30,674 bases of DNA, taken from Spongospora subterranea f. sp. subterranea. Taxonomy: Eukaryota. Position numbers and translations under genes: made by a program. How positions within the stretch are numbered: position 1 is the first letter of the stretch; each line of letters begins with the position of its first letter. Below are positions 1-14,490 of the stretch, piece after piece. Where the stretch lies: assembly GCA_049724395.1 (NCBI GenBank), contig JAUGWO010000080.1:62001-92674 (forward strand), in the 5' to 3' direction. The notes under the pieces were generated by a model that searched no databases, had not been told where the DNA came from, and saw only the letters and a program-made list of their open reading frames with translations.

Positions 1-68
1 GGGGCCACACGCTCTGTTTCGGCGGTTTCTGTGTCGTTTCTGCAGGTTCAGCGGGCAATCCTAGGGAT

Positions 69-887
69 ATGGACAACCGATCACTTTCTATCCTGGTTAT
101 TCTGTTCACAACCGCTCTGATTCACCGTTGTTCGTGTCAACAACCTGACGCTTCCTCGGATGATCAGAGTACTTACAAGACCCCAAGTTCGATGATGTCA
201 GCGTTGATCGCTTCCTTCACGATGATTGTGTCGTCCGAAATCGGCGACAAAACGTTCTTCATAGCCGCGATTATGTCGATGCGCCATGACCGACGCATTG
301 TTTTCTTGGGAGCGATAATGGCGCTTTTTGTGATGACAGTTCTGTCAGCTATTCTTGGGTCTGCTTTGCCGGCGTTATTACCTCGGTTTTATACTCATAT
401 TGCCGCCATTTGCCTGTTCCTAGTGTTCGGCCTCAAACTGTTGAAGGACGCACTGTCGATATCGGATGATGATCTGCAAGGAGAGATTGATGAGACCGAA
501 GCTGAGGTCAACGCAATGTCGTCGAAGAGGACTGACGAGACTGATGATGATGATATGAATGAATTGGAATCCCAAACTGGCGTATCGCTTCATAGGAAAA
601 AGAGTCATCTTGCGCTATCGACGAAATACATCTTAACTCAAGCATTCACCATGACATTTCTAGCGGAATGGGGCGACAGATCCCAGATTGCGACCATCGT
701 CATGGCAGCCGATTCCAACCCATACGGCGTTGTGATTGGTGGCGTAATGGGGCACACATTCTGTACCTTGATGGCTGTGCTGGGGGGGAAGCTTCTTGCT
801 GCTCGTATATCGGAAAGGACGGTTCATATTCTCGGCGGTGTGTTGTTCTTATTTTTCGCTGTACACTCCATCGTATCTGGTCATTAA
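69..887 (+). CDS. GDT1: GDT1/TMEM165 (UPF0016) family Ca2+/Mn2+:H+ antiporter, intronless, with N-terminal signal-like segment
   Basis: 272-aa ORF with both family motifs, EIGDKTF and EWGDRSQ. Two hydrophobic halves are separated by an acidic loop. Confidence 0.95.
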   Translation: MDNRSLSILVILFTTALIHRCSCQQPDASSDDQSTYKTPSSMMSALIASFTMIVSSEIGDKTFFIAAIMSMRHDRRIVFLGAIMALFVMTVLSAILGSALPALLPRFYTHIAAICLFLVFGLKLLKDALSISDDDLQGEIDETEAEVNAMSSKRTDETDDDDMNELESQTGVSLHRKKSHLALSTKYILTQAFTMTFLAEWGDRSQIATIVMAADSNPYGVVIGGVMGHTFCTLMAVLGGKLLAARISERTVHILGGVLFLFFAVHSIVSGH

Positions 888-943
888 CACTTCAAATCAA
901 TCTTCAGCCAATGTCAATATACAATCGCGCTTTTTTTTATTTT

Positions 944-1678
944 CTACACGTTAAGATTATCTTGATCAGCCTGCCAATCATGAATACTGATGTCAGCTCC
1001 GTAAACAGATTCCGTCGCCGAAGACCTTTTCAAATATGGGCCCATCCATGAAATTACGATGAATGAAGTCAATGAAACTAGAACCGCCACTGACAGGAAA
1101 ACATACGACAATGTGTCACGAAAGGTTAGAACCCGATAAATGCCAACATTATGAGTTAGGGTATAGGCGGCGTTGACCGGGATGTACGTCAGAACGATGG
1201 TTGGCCAGAATACGTGGCCCTTGATGAACAACGTGTCGGAAATCGTAAAGTCCACGATGAGCAGCGCCAGCGTCAGTCCATGGTCTGCGATGTTGCGAAA
1301 CAGACGGAAGGTCGTCAGGTAGCCCGGGCGAATAAACGGGTGTATGGCAACCCAATACATGGCGCACACCATAATGTTGTTTGGAATGCAGATCTCGTTG
1401 AGGATGTAGGCCGATTGCTTGATAAATGCGGGGCAGAACGAGTATAGAGCGCAGCATGAGGTGAGAAAGTATGCGAGGTTCAGAATCGACAGCCAATGCG
1501 TCAGGTACAATATGTAAGGTATATTCCCAACAGCCGTATAATCGATTATGATGGTAAACATTAAAAACATCGCGCAGGATGCCCGAAATAACGCCAGCCA
1601 GCGCCTGGACATGAAACGGCTGGACAATATAGACAGCGGAGATGCGTCGACATTACAACCTTTTTGGTATACAGTCAT
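944..1678 (-). CDS. Multi-pass membrane protein, FAR-17a/AIG1/Rolling-stone-like (putative Thr/His lipid hydrolase)
   Basis: 244-aa ORF with about 6 hydrophobic helices. YLTHW, MYW, DHG and 'IY.VLTF' motifs resemble the FAR-17a/AIG1-like family. Confidence 0.6.
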   Translation of the reverse strand: MTVYQKGCNVDASPLSILSSRFMSRRWLALFRASCAMFLMFTIIIDYTAVGNIPYILYLTHWLSILNLAYFLTSCCALYSFCPAFIKQSAYILNEICIPNNIMVCAMYWVAIHPFIRPGYLTTFRLFRNIADHGLTLALLIVDFTISDTLFIKGHVFWPTIVLTYIPVNAAYTLTHNVGIYRVLTFRDTLSYVFLSVAVLVSLTSFIVISWMGPYLKRSSATESVYGADISIHDWQADQDNLNV

Positions 1679-2122
1679 TGGCCAAGACGATATGAAACCA
1701 GGCGACGGGCGAGTCCCTGGCGATAACTCGGGCAGCAGCGGTGACGTGGAATTATCAACCGTTGGCGTTCAGATAGAGGATCGTATCCGAAAAAGGTCGA
1801 GATTAATGGGATGATGGGGCTCCCCCCAACGAAATTGTCACCGACCAACGACCTTGACTGACGCTACCCAACGCAACATGAACATGACTTGCGCACTTGT
1901 TTGACTTTAGACAGTTGCGGAGTTTTGGGTGACCTTCTGACTCCTTCCTGTTGGTATTTTTGACTAAACCGTCCCGTGCTGTTACATGACGGGAACCCTT
2001 TATGGCTTATCCGTTACACTTGTACTGGTCTATTTTTGGGGTTCACGATCGAGGGCCGTTTGGGAGGTTTGATCGACCAACGACCGAGGGCCGGTTTGGG
2101 AAGAATGATAAATACACAGTGT

Positions 2123-4028
2123 TTATTGAGCCGGGGTAGATTGTATTCTCTGTAAAGCGATTTGAGGGTCTCCTCCAGCGTTGACTAATTCGTCGTAGGC
2201 CCTGGTGGCAGGACAACCGCTATGCTGAGCAAGCTGAAGGACGAGGTCGCTTGATGGAGGGCACGGCGTGATGGAACTGCTATCCAGCACGTGTAGATGG
2301 TCGTTGCTGATCAGCCAACCGCCCCCGCTCTGGGCCATTATGAACACGCGATGGAACTCACGCAGGACTTTAGAGGTTGACGACCCTTCCATGAACTGAC
2401 CGGTTAGGGCAATCACAATTAAATTGGCTCCCAGCGCTGATACGTCCGCCACTAACTAACAGAGGACATGTTAAATGCGTCTGGAATTGTCGGCCCGTAT
2501 ACTCAGTACCGTTTGTGGAAGATTGTGCATCTGTGGTAATGCTTTCAACACCGTTAAGATTTCCTGTTTCCCACGCTTCAAAGCACCTTGACGGGCATGA
2601 AAACCGGACAGTTTCGATAGATTACGACTTGGAGAATATCGCTGACGAAGTTGTGGATCATCAATGGTAAGAGAAAAGTGTGCGGTATCCATATAAAAAG
2701 GCATTAGAGCATCACGAGACGAAGACTGGACCTATATCAACGCAATGGTCAATATTCGCAATTTATGCGAAATTAACATAGCCAGCGACCTCGAAGTATT
2801 TCATGATGATGGATTTGGCAAGCGGCTCAATTTGTGGTGGATCAAACGATGAACCCAATGGTGACGGAAGTGCTGGATCAGTATATCTTGGGGCGGATAA
2901 CTGCATGAACGACTCGCATGGTTGCCCATTGATCAGCCGCAATGACGGGAACTTGACGCTGACTAGATGGCCGGTAACCGCAGGCGACAGCGATGGTAGC
3001 GAATTCCCTGAGAATGTAAAATGCTCATCGGCGACGGCGCCGGACTACCAGAGAGAAACACCAACCGGTTAATATGAGCTCCAGCAGGTTGTTTGAGTAC
3101 GCCCTAAGATGGTCGAGCTCGTCCAGAGCGTCCAGCTTATTATCTGCCAGCGATAGATTGATGATTGCAGGTGCGGCAGACGCCAGACCGTCATACGCAG
3201 CTAACGAGCGGATGTGATTGTTATCCAAGCGAAGGGTTTTGATCGATCGGCAATTCGCCTTGATGATGTCGCAGATACGATCGACGAACCCCTTGTCGTT
3301 GAAATCAGCGGCGGGAATGATCGACGACAGCCCAGATATGGCATTGTTCAGATCAAGAAACGGCTGAGGTGTTGCCGAGTATTTCGATCCGATAAATGTC
3401 AATAGTGCAGCCTGCTCCTCTGGTGTACACCGGAAATCCGACACCAATGCGATGGTTAACCGAACACCAAACAGGGTTAGGTTACGCTGGCGAAGTATAC
3501 ACGATGTCTCCGAGGACGAATCAAACGTTCTGCGAAAGGAATTCAGAAAATCTTTTGTGGTGATTGGTTCATGAAAAGGTGTCTCACAGAATAATGGAAT
3601 TATCCGAGCGAATGTCGGCATGAGACCATCTAATCTGACGATGGGTTGCGGTGCTCAACATCTTCCCGAGATCGCTGAGCAATGGCCGCTCCTTTAACCC
3701 CGTTATCTGGGTACAAACAGCATATCAGCAACACATCTGTATAAACGGTGAACGGTTGATATCATCGTTGCGGAACGAACAGGCAATAACAGCAATACGA
3801 TATGGTCTACGATAATACCTTAATGGTGGACTTCTTGGACCTATGATAATGACCGGATTTGGACTTGGAGGAATTACCGGCCGACCTGCCGGATCTGGAC
3901 CATGATGACGACATGCCCTGAACGAGACGCCGGCCCTGGCGAGAACCCGATCTTGCACGATAGTTCCGATTCGCAGGATCAGGATAATGACGATCCGCGG
4001 ACTTGGACCGCGGCCGGCCATGGGCCAT
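2123..4028 (-). CDS. NXF1: Nuclear mRNA export factor NXF1/TAP/Mex67-like (multi-exon)
   Basis: The spliced domain order matches NXF1. It has an R/S-rich N-terminus (3820-4028), an RRM-like segment, and an LRR (TLRLDNNHIRSL, NLSLADNKL, LELILTG). An NTF2-like domain (FYMDTAHFSLT ... FHRVFIM ... WLISNDHLHV) and a C-terminal UBA/TAP-C-like tail follow. Start and exon borders were inferred by hand. Confidence 0.85.
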
Positions 4029-5988
4029 GCATGACTACCTAGAACAGTGATGGGAGTTGCGCCATCAACGTGACGCCAAGTCAGTGACAGCGCCAGACTG
4101 GTCGTCGCCTCCGACTTCAATAACCCTTGGCGATTACGACCCCGTTTCCGAATGTGATTATGAGTCATCGCATCGGTCAATTGGTGCTTTGATCGTTTTC
4201 GCCGTGTTCGTTCTTCGACTTCGGGCAAATCCGAGTCCGGCTGTTGTTGACTTGGTTAAGAATAACCTCTACCTCAGACCGGTGTAAATGAGGAAACTGT
4301 ACCGGATTTTGCAAGGCGATTCTGGAAATCTGTCAGGATAACAATGTAGTCCCATTGTTGTTGAACTTACAGCGGAAGGAAACGCCTCTTCGCGACGTTT
4401 CCTGCGCGTGCGTTCAAACGCGGCTTTCGAGTGATCATTGATCATCGGTCGTCGTTCAGAAATTTTTCAGGATTTCCAATGAGACATGGCGTTATTCTCC
4501 AGTCTGAAACGTCTTTAACGACTCGATCATCGTTCACATTCACGTGGCTGGTCATCAATTCCTGTGATTTGGATGAATTCTCCAGAAATTGAATTTCCAA
4601 CTGTACGTGGTATTCTCCTAATGCGACCTGTATCTGAATTTCCAGGTTCCAGCGATGAGTGTTGGTTTAATACACTGGTAGATATATCCCGATCAATTGT
4701 TTCCCTTCAACAAATCAATCACAGCTGCGGCGATGATTTTTTTGACGACAATACGATCTTGATCGTCAACGCTATCGTCCAGTAATGATCTCACCATACC
4801 ACACTTAACAAACAGTGGACGCCTCAGCGTGAACCGTTTTTCTTCAATGATATTTCAGGGGCATCCAGCTATTGAACGTGTTGATATTGATCCCGGCTAT
4901 TGAACATGTTAGCTCCATATCCAAATTTTCACCCGATTCACGAATATGGCCAAAAATGCTTTCGATCGCCTTTCCCACGTCATTGTTCGATAAAAACATC
5001 AGTCTAGCCATCGTAGCAGTTCCTTCATCGGCCGACGACACAATTGACAATGGCATGGGTCAATGGCGACGTCATCAGGTATTGTTGGTTTGTGAAGGGC
5101 ACAGAATTGGGATGGCGGGGAGTGCAGATAGAGCTGAGGGAACATCTCAGGACGACCTAACCGAGCAACGCCCTGGCCTCACCATTGTGCCGCTGCTCTT
5201 GACCATCTCTGATCATCGGTAGTCGACATGAGGCAACGCTTTGTTGGGTGAATATACCGTCAATCCCAACGACACACACCGAACGCGGTGATCTATGTGA
5301 GTTTTGTCCAACGAGTACTGGCGAATTTTTTGGTCAACGAACAATTGACCTAACATTAAAGGGTGGATGTCATTCGTGATAAGGTGATTATTTCGTGAGC
5401 TGTTTCATTTGTTGATTACCGTAATCAGAAACGGAGTATCGGCTCTTCCACAAAGTGGAGTGAACTCTGCACCAGCTGGACGAGCTATGTTTTTCGATCG
5501 GAACTTGCCTTGTTCGATTGTCCACAAATAAAGATGTTGCGTTGATCTGACAGGGAAACAAGTGCCCCCGACTTTGCTTCAACGCATCTGGGCGCGTTCA
5601 ACGAATTCGTACAAAGTGCCCGCTTCGCCATCGATCATGAAGATAATCGGTCTTCATTATGCTGGAAGTGATCATCTCCATCACCATTATTCTCAACAGA
5701 TTATCAATTTGTTATTGCAGATCGAGGTTGAGGTTGTTCCTATAAAGTTGCAGAAGGTGATCCAGAAACTAAACGACGTCAATCCATTCCCTGCACCAGT
5801 TGTGAAATGTTGATCGGATCTGTAGGAACTCTGCAATGCCCCTGAGTAATTCTTGTTCCCGTTCATATGATCTTTTTTTTTTGGAAAGTTCGTGGTTATT
5901 TTGGAAAACGGGATTGGTTTTGGAGATGAAGAGGACTGAGCGCGTATCAAGCGATGGTTGGATTATATTTATGGGGATATTGGCATTA

Positions 5989-7936
<1,948 letters not shown>

Positions 7937-8103
7937 TTTGTGCTATGAACGATTTCCAATCAACCAGTACTTGTGATCAATATCGCCAATAAAGTATCTT
8001 AACACACAGATTGAGGCAGTTTACAGCGATTCATGTCCGGAATGGTTGTTATATTTAAATTTGTGAGATCATCAGTGTATTTATTAGTTAATGGGTTTAT
8101 GGT

Positions 8104-10710
8104 TTAAGCGACGTAACGGAATGTGCCGGTATTAGCGGGATCCCGTTCGAGATATTCTCGGTCTAAAAGACTGCTAATCCGTTTGTGAATTTGTTCAATA
8201 GGAATGGGGAAATCCGCTTGCTCAAGACAATACGCAATGAGATGCGTTTGGGAGCACACTTTCAACTCCTTCATGCGCCTAACAAGTATCGCGTCGATCT
8301 GGTACATCCGATCTGAAACTACTTGCGCTGCCACATCTTGCGATTCGACTTTACATTCCGCTGGTTTCGATAGTAAAATTACGCGGAATGCGGGACTATC
8401 AAATTGCTTGTTTACTTGAAATTCGTCAGACTCAACAACCTATATAAATAATTAGCTTGAATGTATCACCAACACAACTGATGAACTTAACTGGTCCTTT
8501 CTTCCGTTTTTTCAAGACCCGCAACTTTTGCTTGCAAAGAGAACTTAAAGTGTGCTTCAACATTTCGTCCCAAATACTAGTTTTGTCCTTGATGGTCTTA
8601 TACGATTGAACTTCGGTTCCATCGTTGAAAGATAATAAAACCAGAGCTTGATAAACAGTAACAACAAGATCCTTTCGAACGTGAGAAAATTGCCCACGCA
8701 ATACACAATGAGCTTCATTATAAACCCATGAAAGCTTGCGACCATTGTGGCGTTTGCAATAAAACTTGTTGAACTCTTCTGCACGATTTTCGATTTCAGA
8801 TGGAATTCTTAATGGAACAGCTGGAGTTTGATTCATCGATGGGGGCCAATGAGGTGTCGTCAGAACGCTGACATTGAAATCGACCGTCGCCAAATCCATG
8901 TCCCTTTGCTGGCGAAATTCCTTGAACAAATCAGTCGACAGCTCCATGTCCTTGAACATTCCTTCCAATTTTGTTGTGAATAATGCACCACATTCCAGCC
9001 GCAGCTTGCTAATAAACCAGAAATTAGGATTGTACCAAACATTGTTTGAAGATATACCTTATCATATTTACTTCTGCTTGCCAACTGCAAGATGTAGATA
9101 ATAAAAGTCTCTGAGCAAGATCAGTTTTATAAAATGCTTCAAACATATCTTTGCCGTGGATGAACTTGAACAAAACCATGCAGCGATTGAGCTGAATTTC
9201 TAGGTCATTATCCTGAAAATTCCTAGCATCAAACGCGATGCTATGAAACACAACTATGGCTGAAAAACCTGTAGTTCAGCATGACCTTGCAGCAACCAAT
9301 CGATATGTTTGGATAGTAATTCGGCAGGCACATTGCCTCGCGATCTGAAAACGCTTTCGAATGCATCCTTGCAGGCATGCTGTAAATCGCTGGCCATATC
9401 GCCCTATAAAGAATTTGAGAAATTCAACAGGCAAAGAATCAACTCTAGAACATACGGCATCGTGAACAACAGAGTCGATATTGTCCTTGAATAAACTGAT
9501 CTGATCGATGATGTCATTATGCCCGATTACATTTGAGGTCGATGGGTCCTGAGGCTGCATAATGCGGGTACCGCCTTCAATAATGTATTCATGAAAAGCG
9601 CGACGAATGCTAGATTGGCCCTTGACGCGACACGCGAGTTGTAGAAATAAGCAAAGTGCATTCAAAGACAAAGGAAGAGAGGACATCAACTCATTGAATC
9701 CAGAGGATATCAAGGTCTGGGATATTAACAAATGAAAACCTTTACTATACCGAGGAAAACGAGTATTTGTACCTGTAAGTGGTTTGCAAATAGCGCCTTC
9801 TCAGCGGCATGTATGGTTGGCGACAGTGTTTGGGGTAGCATATAGGCGTGAATACGAGCAACTTCGTGGTCTAGTCTTGCCTGAACATGGTGTAAATATG
9901 CCACAACGTCTAGATCCAAAGACGAACACATCGACATTCCTTCCTCCTCATAAAACCTGTTGGGGCGCCTTTTAACAATATTTTGAACGCAATGTCACCG
10001 TATTACTGGCTAGTTTCTGTGATAAACTCGGTCTCAATTACGGAGTACAAATTAAGATCTCTGGTCATTGTCGTGATTTGCTTCAACAAATCTGCATGAT
10101 CAGGAATGGAAGCAGTCCCTTGACGTTCGCATTTTACCCTGGCCAGAACAGACGAGACGGTACGTGGCCAAGCATTGCCACTCAGCAGTTCGTTTCTGAA
10201 CAGGTCTCTACCTAAAATGGCCAGACTGCCAGGCTTTTTACATGTGCGATCGAGATAAAGGTATATCGCAATGATGGTTTGCATCTGATTGCAGTGTTTA
10301 CTCCAAACCGAGTTCACTTGCTCAAGCGGGTCCGAGACGGTACATTCATGAAGAGTTTGCAGCATTTCCTTACAGTGTTGTTGATAATATGCACGCATTC
10401 GATCGTACACATCCGAATCATGATCTGCGTCAAGAAATTAAAGTACCCACAACCGACACAGCAGAGATTATAACCTAATATGCAAAGGTTCTGAACATAT
10501 TTGTAAAGAACCTCGGCGTCCCCTGCATTGGCCGTTGTTTGAGCTGGTGATTTCTATCAGCGCATTCGCAAGCGCTTCAAACGCCGCGTTGGCGTAAGGT
10601 GCTTCATCAGGAGGTTCCCATTGCCCCATGACCGATATTGTAAAGGGTTGGCCTACGCGAGGTTCCAGTATGATATCCTCATCGCTGCGCTGCTTGCGCT
10701 TCTTCACCAT
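8104..10710 (-). CDS. CUL4: Cullin, CUL4-like (divergent), multi-exon
   Basis: Motifs IYLYLDRT, GKDMFEAFYKTDLAQRLLL, ECGALFTTKLEGMFKDMELS and HNGRKLSW are present. The C-terminal neddylation domain reads DRMYQIDAILVRRMK...SLLDREYLERD...YVA. Confidence 0.88.
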
Positions 10711-12315
10711 CGCCCAACGAATGGCCCAGCCCCAGTTAGGATCAACAAAACACGAAAGTCAGCTCTGGAACGATCTACCAATAGGTTAATGATCTAACTG
10801 AACATTGCGGACATTATTTGAAAAGGTGATGAGTACAAGCGACTGTAGAACATGTTTCATTTGTTATATGTTTCAGTTCATGCTCAACGATACGAGTAAT
10901 GAACAGCGCCACGTAGATTAGATCGGGTCATCGCGCCCGTCATCATCCATGACCGGTCGTGGATCAGCTTATCGATATTTTGGCCAATGCACCCCAAACG
11001 TGCAGGGATCCTAAGATCTCTGCAAGAACTCGGAATTGACTTGCTGTGATGATGCTCAGAGAACTAGGATTTATTTATTGCTGATCACATCTCTTACACG
11101 AAACTTCGTTGGTGTAGATCCAATACACGGATTTGTGTCGTTTTGGAAATCGTACTGAGAACTTTGCTTTGATTTTTTTCACGAAATTCTACAGTATTAC
11201 ACAACAAATTATCTTGTCTCGCTTATTCGTACTAATCATCAAATTTGTTCATCTGCTCCCAATTTTCTAGGAAAGCGGCGCTGTTGGTGATAACGATGGT
11301 CTGTTTTTGACAATTCAAGAAATTCGTCATACCGTTCAATATCGGTAAGTTTATTGGGACCAACTTGCGGTCTTGAGTATCGGCCATTCCTTTTCTGCTG
11401 CCTCCTAAGATTTCGGATCATCAAAGCCCATTGACCCAAAAAACATATGCGGAACCAGTTTATTCTAGAGGAGAAGATTTAACAAATCCTTAAACTAGGG
11501 ATGAATCTCAGCGAATCGCAGTGCAAGACTACTACTCACGCGTAAAATACCTCGTTCAAATCGAGTCGTCTACAATGAGTTTCCGTCCACCGTACCAATT
11601 ATTGTCATTCATTCGCTACCAGCTCGATCCTCTTAAACAAGAACCAGCCACACAAACAAGATAATAATAGTAACAGCGTTTGTTGGATTCGAGACAGTTC
11701 ATTAATGAGAATATAAACAAGCAGCATAACACTGTCACCATAGGAAGGTAGCGTCGTATAAGAAGGTATAGGCAAATCAAGTCTTCAGCTATGATATTGG
11801 ATTATCAAGATGTGATAGGGGTGCTATCTGCTGCACTGAAATGATCAATGGACTGTGCGACCTGATCATCGTGATGAACCGAACTGATCGGTGAAGCGAA
11901 GACGTGTCGAACTGATCAATGTAAAAGAAGTGAATGTATTGATTACAAACAAGTTGCGTTATGAAATAATCAGAGGCACGAGCCCGTTATTAAGGCACGG
12001 GAACACGCGCGTCAACAGAAGGGGTCAAGGAGAAGGAGTGAGACTTTCACACCTGAACAGCGTTAGTCGTTACGTATCGAGGCCGCGCTTGTGTCCCCAT
12101 CTAAGGAGTGCAGTGGTGAGCTGTGGGACGAATAGTGCGCGCCAAATTTGAACTAATGTTGAGAGTTTAAGCATAAGAAGGCTCAGACGCAAAGAGGAAC
12201 GTCGCCATTGCCAAACCATTCATCTCTGGCGTAATAGATATCCTATTTCTTCTTTCAGTTTGACGTCTTCTTCAGCTGCCCTATTCTGCCCTTCGGGTGA
12301 GTAGGGACCCGTTGA

Positions 12316-13249
12316 ATGACGGAATTATCTACCAGATCGCGAACCCGCTCACGTCAGGCATTGTCCAACATTTCTAACAATGAACTTGTTTCAACAGTTA
12401 CAAAAACAAAAACACAAACCATTCTAAAGAGAAGCAGTTTTCGAAAAGGGAAACCTAATCAGGAACTTGAGCAATATGACGTCTATAAAAATATGAGGTA
12501 GAATAAAGGACAACATAGAGCCTTTCAGTTCTGAACATTGCCAAATCAGGTTCAATGAGCTACGATATTATCGCTGTGAAGATTATATGACTTCGACATT
12601 GCAAGCGCATTTATGCCATTCTATGAGAACTATGCTAGTTGCTTGGCTAGTTGAGGTTATGGAGGAATTCAAACTGTCTTCGCAGACCCTTCATATCGCT
12701 GTATATATTTTGGATGGATTCCTAGCCCGGCATTTCAATGTCAAGCCTTGCATTCTGCAGTTGATCGGGATAACGTGCATGTTTATTGCTGCCAAGTACG
12801 AGGAGATACATCCCCTTGATCCCAAAGACTGTTCATACATCACCGATTACACGTACACAGCACAACAAGTTCTGAGCATGGAACAGCGAATTCTGGTCAC
12901 CATGCAGTTTCGCATCAGCGTCGTAACCAGCATTGAATTCCGACATCGATTTCAATGCGAGCACCCTCTGGTCGAATACCTACTGGAATTAACGCTTCGT
13001 GAACCAATGTGTCTGGTCCACAAACCTTCTGAACTTGCTGCGGCTGCCTGCGCTTACGTTCGTGCTGCAATCGGACAGTCAATCTGGCCAAGCTCCATGC
13101 AGTCCAGGACGGGGTATACATTTGGAGCACTTCGTGGATTACTCGAGGAAATCAGGAATTTGCACTGGAGAAATTTCAAGGTTCCCGCTGCCCGATATTC
13201 TCAATTAGCAGAAATATTGCCGTTAGCCTCTATTCCATCATCAATATAA
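12316..13249 (+). CDS. A-type (A/B family) cyclin; exons 12316-12497 and 12550-13249
   Basis: N-terminal destruction box RQALSNISN (12352-12378). Cyclin box MRTMLVAWLVEV...LQLIGITCMFIAAKYEEI...YITDYTY. A 52-nt GT-AG intron joins the two ORFs in frame. Confidence 0.92.
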
Positions 13250-13416
13250 ATCTGTAAAAAGGGTATAACTCATTTTTGGGTATCACCGTGTGAAAGTACA
13301 ATTCTCTCAGAATTACTCGAAAGATTTCACGGTTGGTTGATTGCAATTGTTACAAACCCTGGGCAAAGCTTAATTAAATTCGACAATAAATCTCTAGAAT
13401 TCCGAACAGCGTTACT

Positions 13417-13497
13417 GTCATCGTGTCCGAGTGGTTAAGGAGATCGATTAGAAATCGATTGGGCTTGCCCGCGCGAGTTCGAGTCTCGTCGATGACT
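13417..13497 (+). tRNA. tRNA-Ser (anticodon AGA)
   Basis: Acceptor stem GTCATCG/CGATGAC, D-arm TCCGAGTGGTTAAGGA, anticodon stem ATCGA/TCGAT with loop TTAGAAA, long variable arm GGG-CTTG-CCC and T-loop TTCGAGT. An oligo-T run follows. Confidence 0.93.
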
Positions 13498-13501
13498 TTT
13501 T
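13497..13501 (+). terminator. RNA polymerase III terminator (T5) of the tRNA gene
   Basis: TTTTT immediately after the 3' acceptor strand. Confidence 0.7.
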
Positions 13502-14330
13502 CATTTCGTTTTACGCGGGGTGTTTTTTGGTCAGCTGGACACCACAGGGTGGATCGTTGTCGTGATTGATCCAAGGAGTTCTTGAATTGCATTAGATGTC
13601 CCGCGGAGGCCAACTTGCAGTTTCCCCTCCACAGTTTTGGACGTTGATGAATATTGGACACGCCCCAAAATTGATTGGTTTCCCTGTGAGATCAATTCAA
13701 CGGTTTCAATGCTTTAAATATAAATATGTGTTGTTAGTTGACCGGTCATCAGGCATCGATGACTCGCCCATTCGTTCATAATCAATCTCATCCTGCCCCA
13801 CAAGACGCGATTCTCCCGCATTGATTATATGGGCAATGATATCTGTTGATCTGTGATATGATTCATTAGACGGTTTGCTAATTCAACTAGATTATAGCAG
13901 AATACAGTTGATGCATTACTGCCAGGTGCAGTGCTGTATTTCCAAATTTATCCTGTAGCTGCCACGTGATTTCAAATAACCCAGCACCGTTTGCGTGATC
14001 TACAATGCTGGTGAACCTTTTTAGCCTTATCCACTACGTTTACATAGATTCCAGTTGAGTTGCAATAGACCGTCAAAGTGATGATTTTCAACTATGTTCA
14101 GATAAGTTTGGCGTTGTCTGGCGCGAAACGTATCGAATGGCTTCTGCAGGACTGCGTACACAAGTGGCAACGACAAGGTCACAGGTGTAGGTGTAGCGTT
14201 AGAATCGTAATCACGTGAGTTACATCAACAGAGGTTGACCGTCCCCCTGTCAGTCACTGCACCCAACTTCAATGGTCGTGAGGAGCTTTACCTTGTACTG
14301 TTTCTTCCCAGATATGTACGGCATAGACTG

Positions 14331-14490
14331 AACTGTTGAACTGGGGTTTTATGGTGCAGGAATTGGTCATCAGTTCTGACCGACTAAAGCGTGGCAACTA
14401 ACTGTTGAACTGGGGTTTTATGGTCAAAATTGGATTCCAATTTTGTGCAGGAATTGGTCATCAGTTCCGACCGATTAAAGAGTGGCAACT
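14331..14490. repeat. Tandem duplication of a 69-bp unit; the second copy carries a 22-bp insertion with a perfect palindrome
   Basis: 14331-14399 and 14400-14490 align with 3 substitutions plus the insertion caaaattgga-t-tccaattttg(t) at 14425-14446. Confidence 0.95.

Noticed and set aside
1841..2101. Short direct repeats (cgaccaacgacc twice; cgagggcc(g)gtttggga twice) upstream of the membrane-protein gene
   Set aside because: They could be promoter motifs but are too short and few to support a function.
4060..5240. Possible spliced hypothetical gene on the minus strand
   Set aside because: Coding-like pieces and splice-like sites exist, but I found no consistent model or recognisable motif.
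5367..5850. Possible small spliced gene on the plus strand, including a frame with an in-frame TGA near Cys
   Set aside because: Several incompatible models fit. No homology or SECIS is evident, so neither a gene nor a selenoprotein call is supported.
10720..12300. Short ORFs and C/D-box-like motifs between the cullin and cyclin genes
   Set aside because: No coherent gene model. The box spacing is too short or lacks a recognisable rRNA guide.
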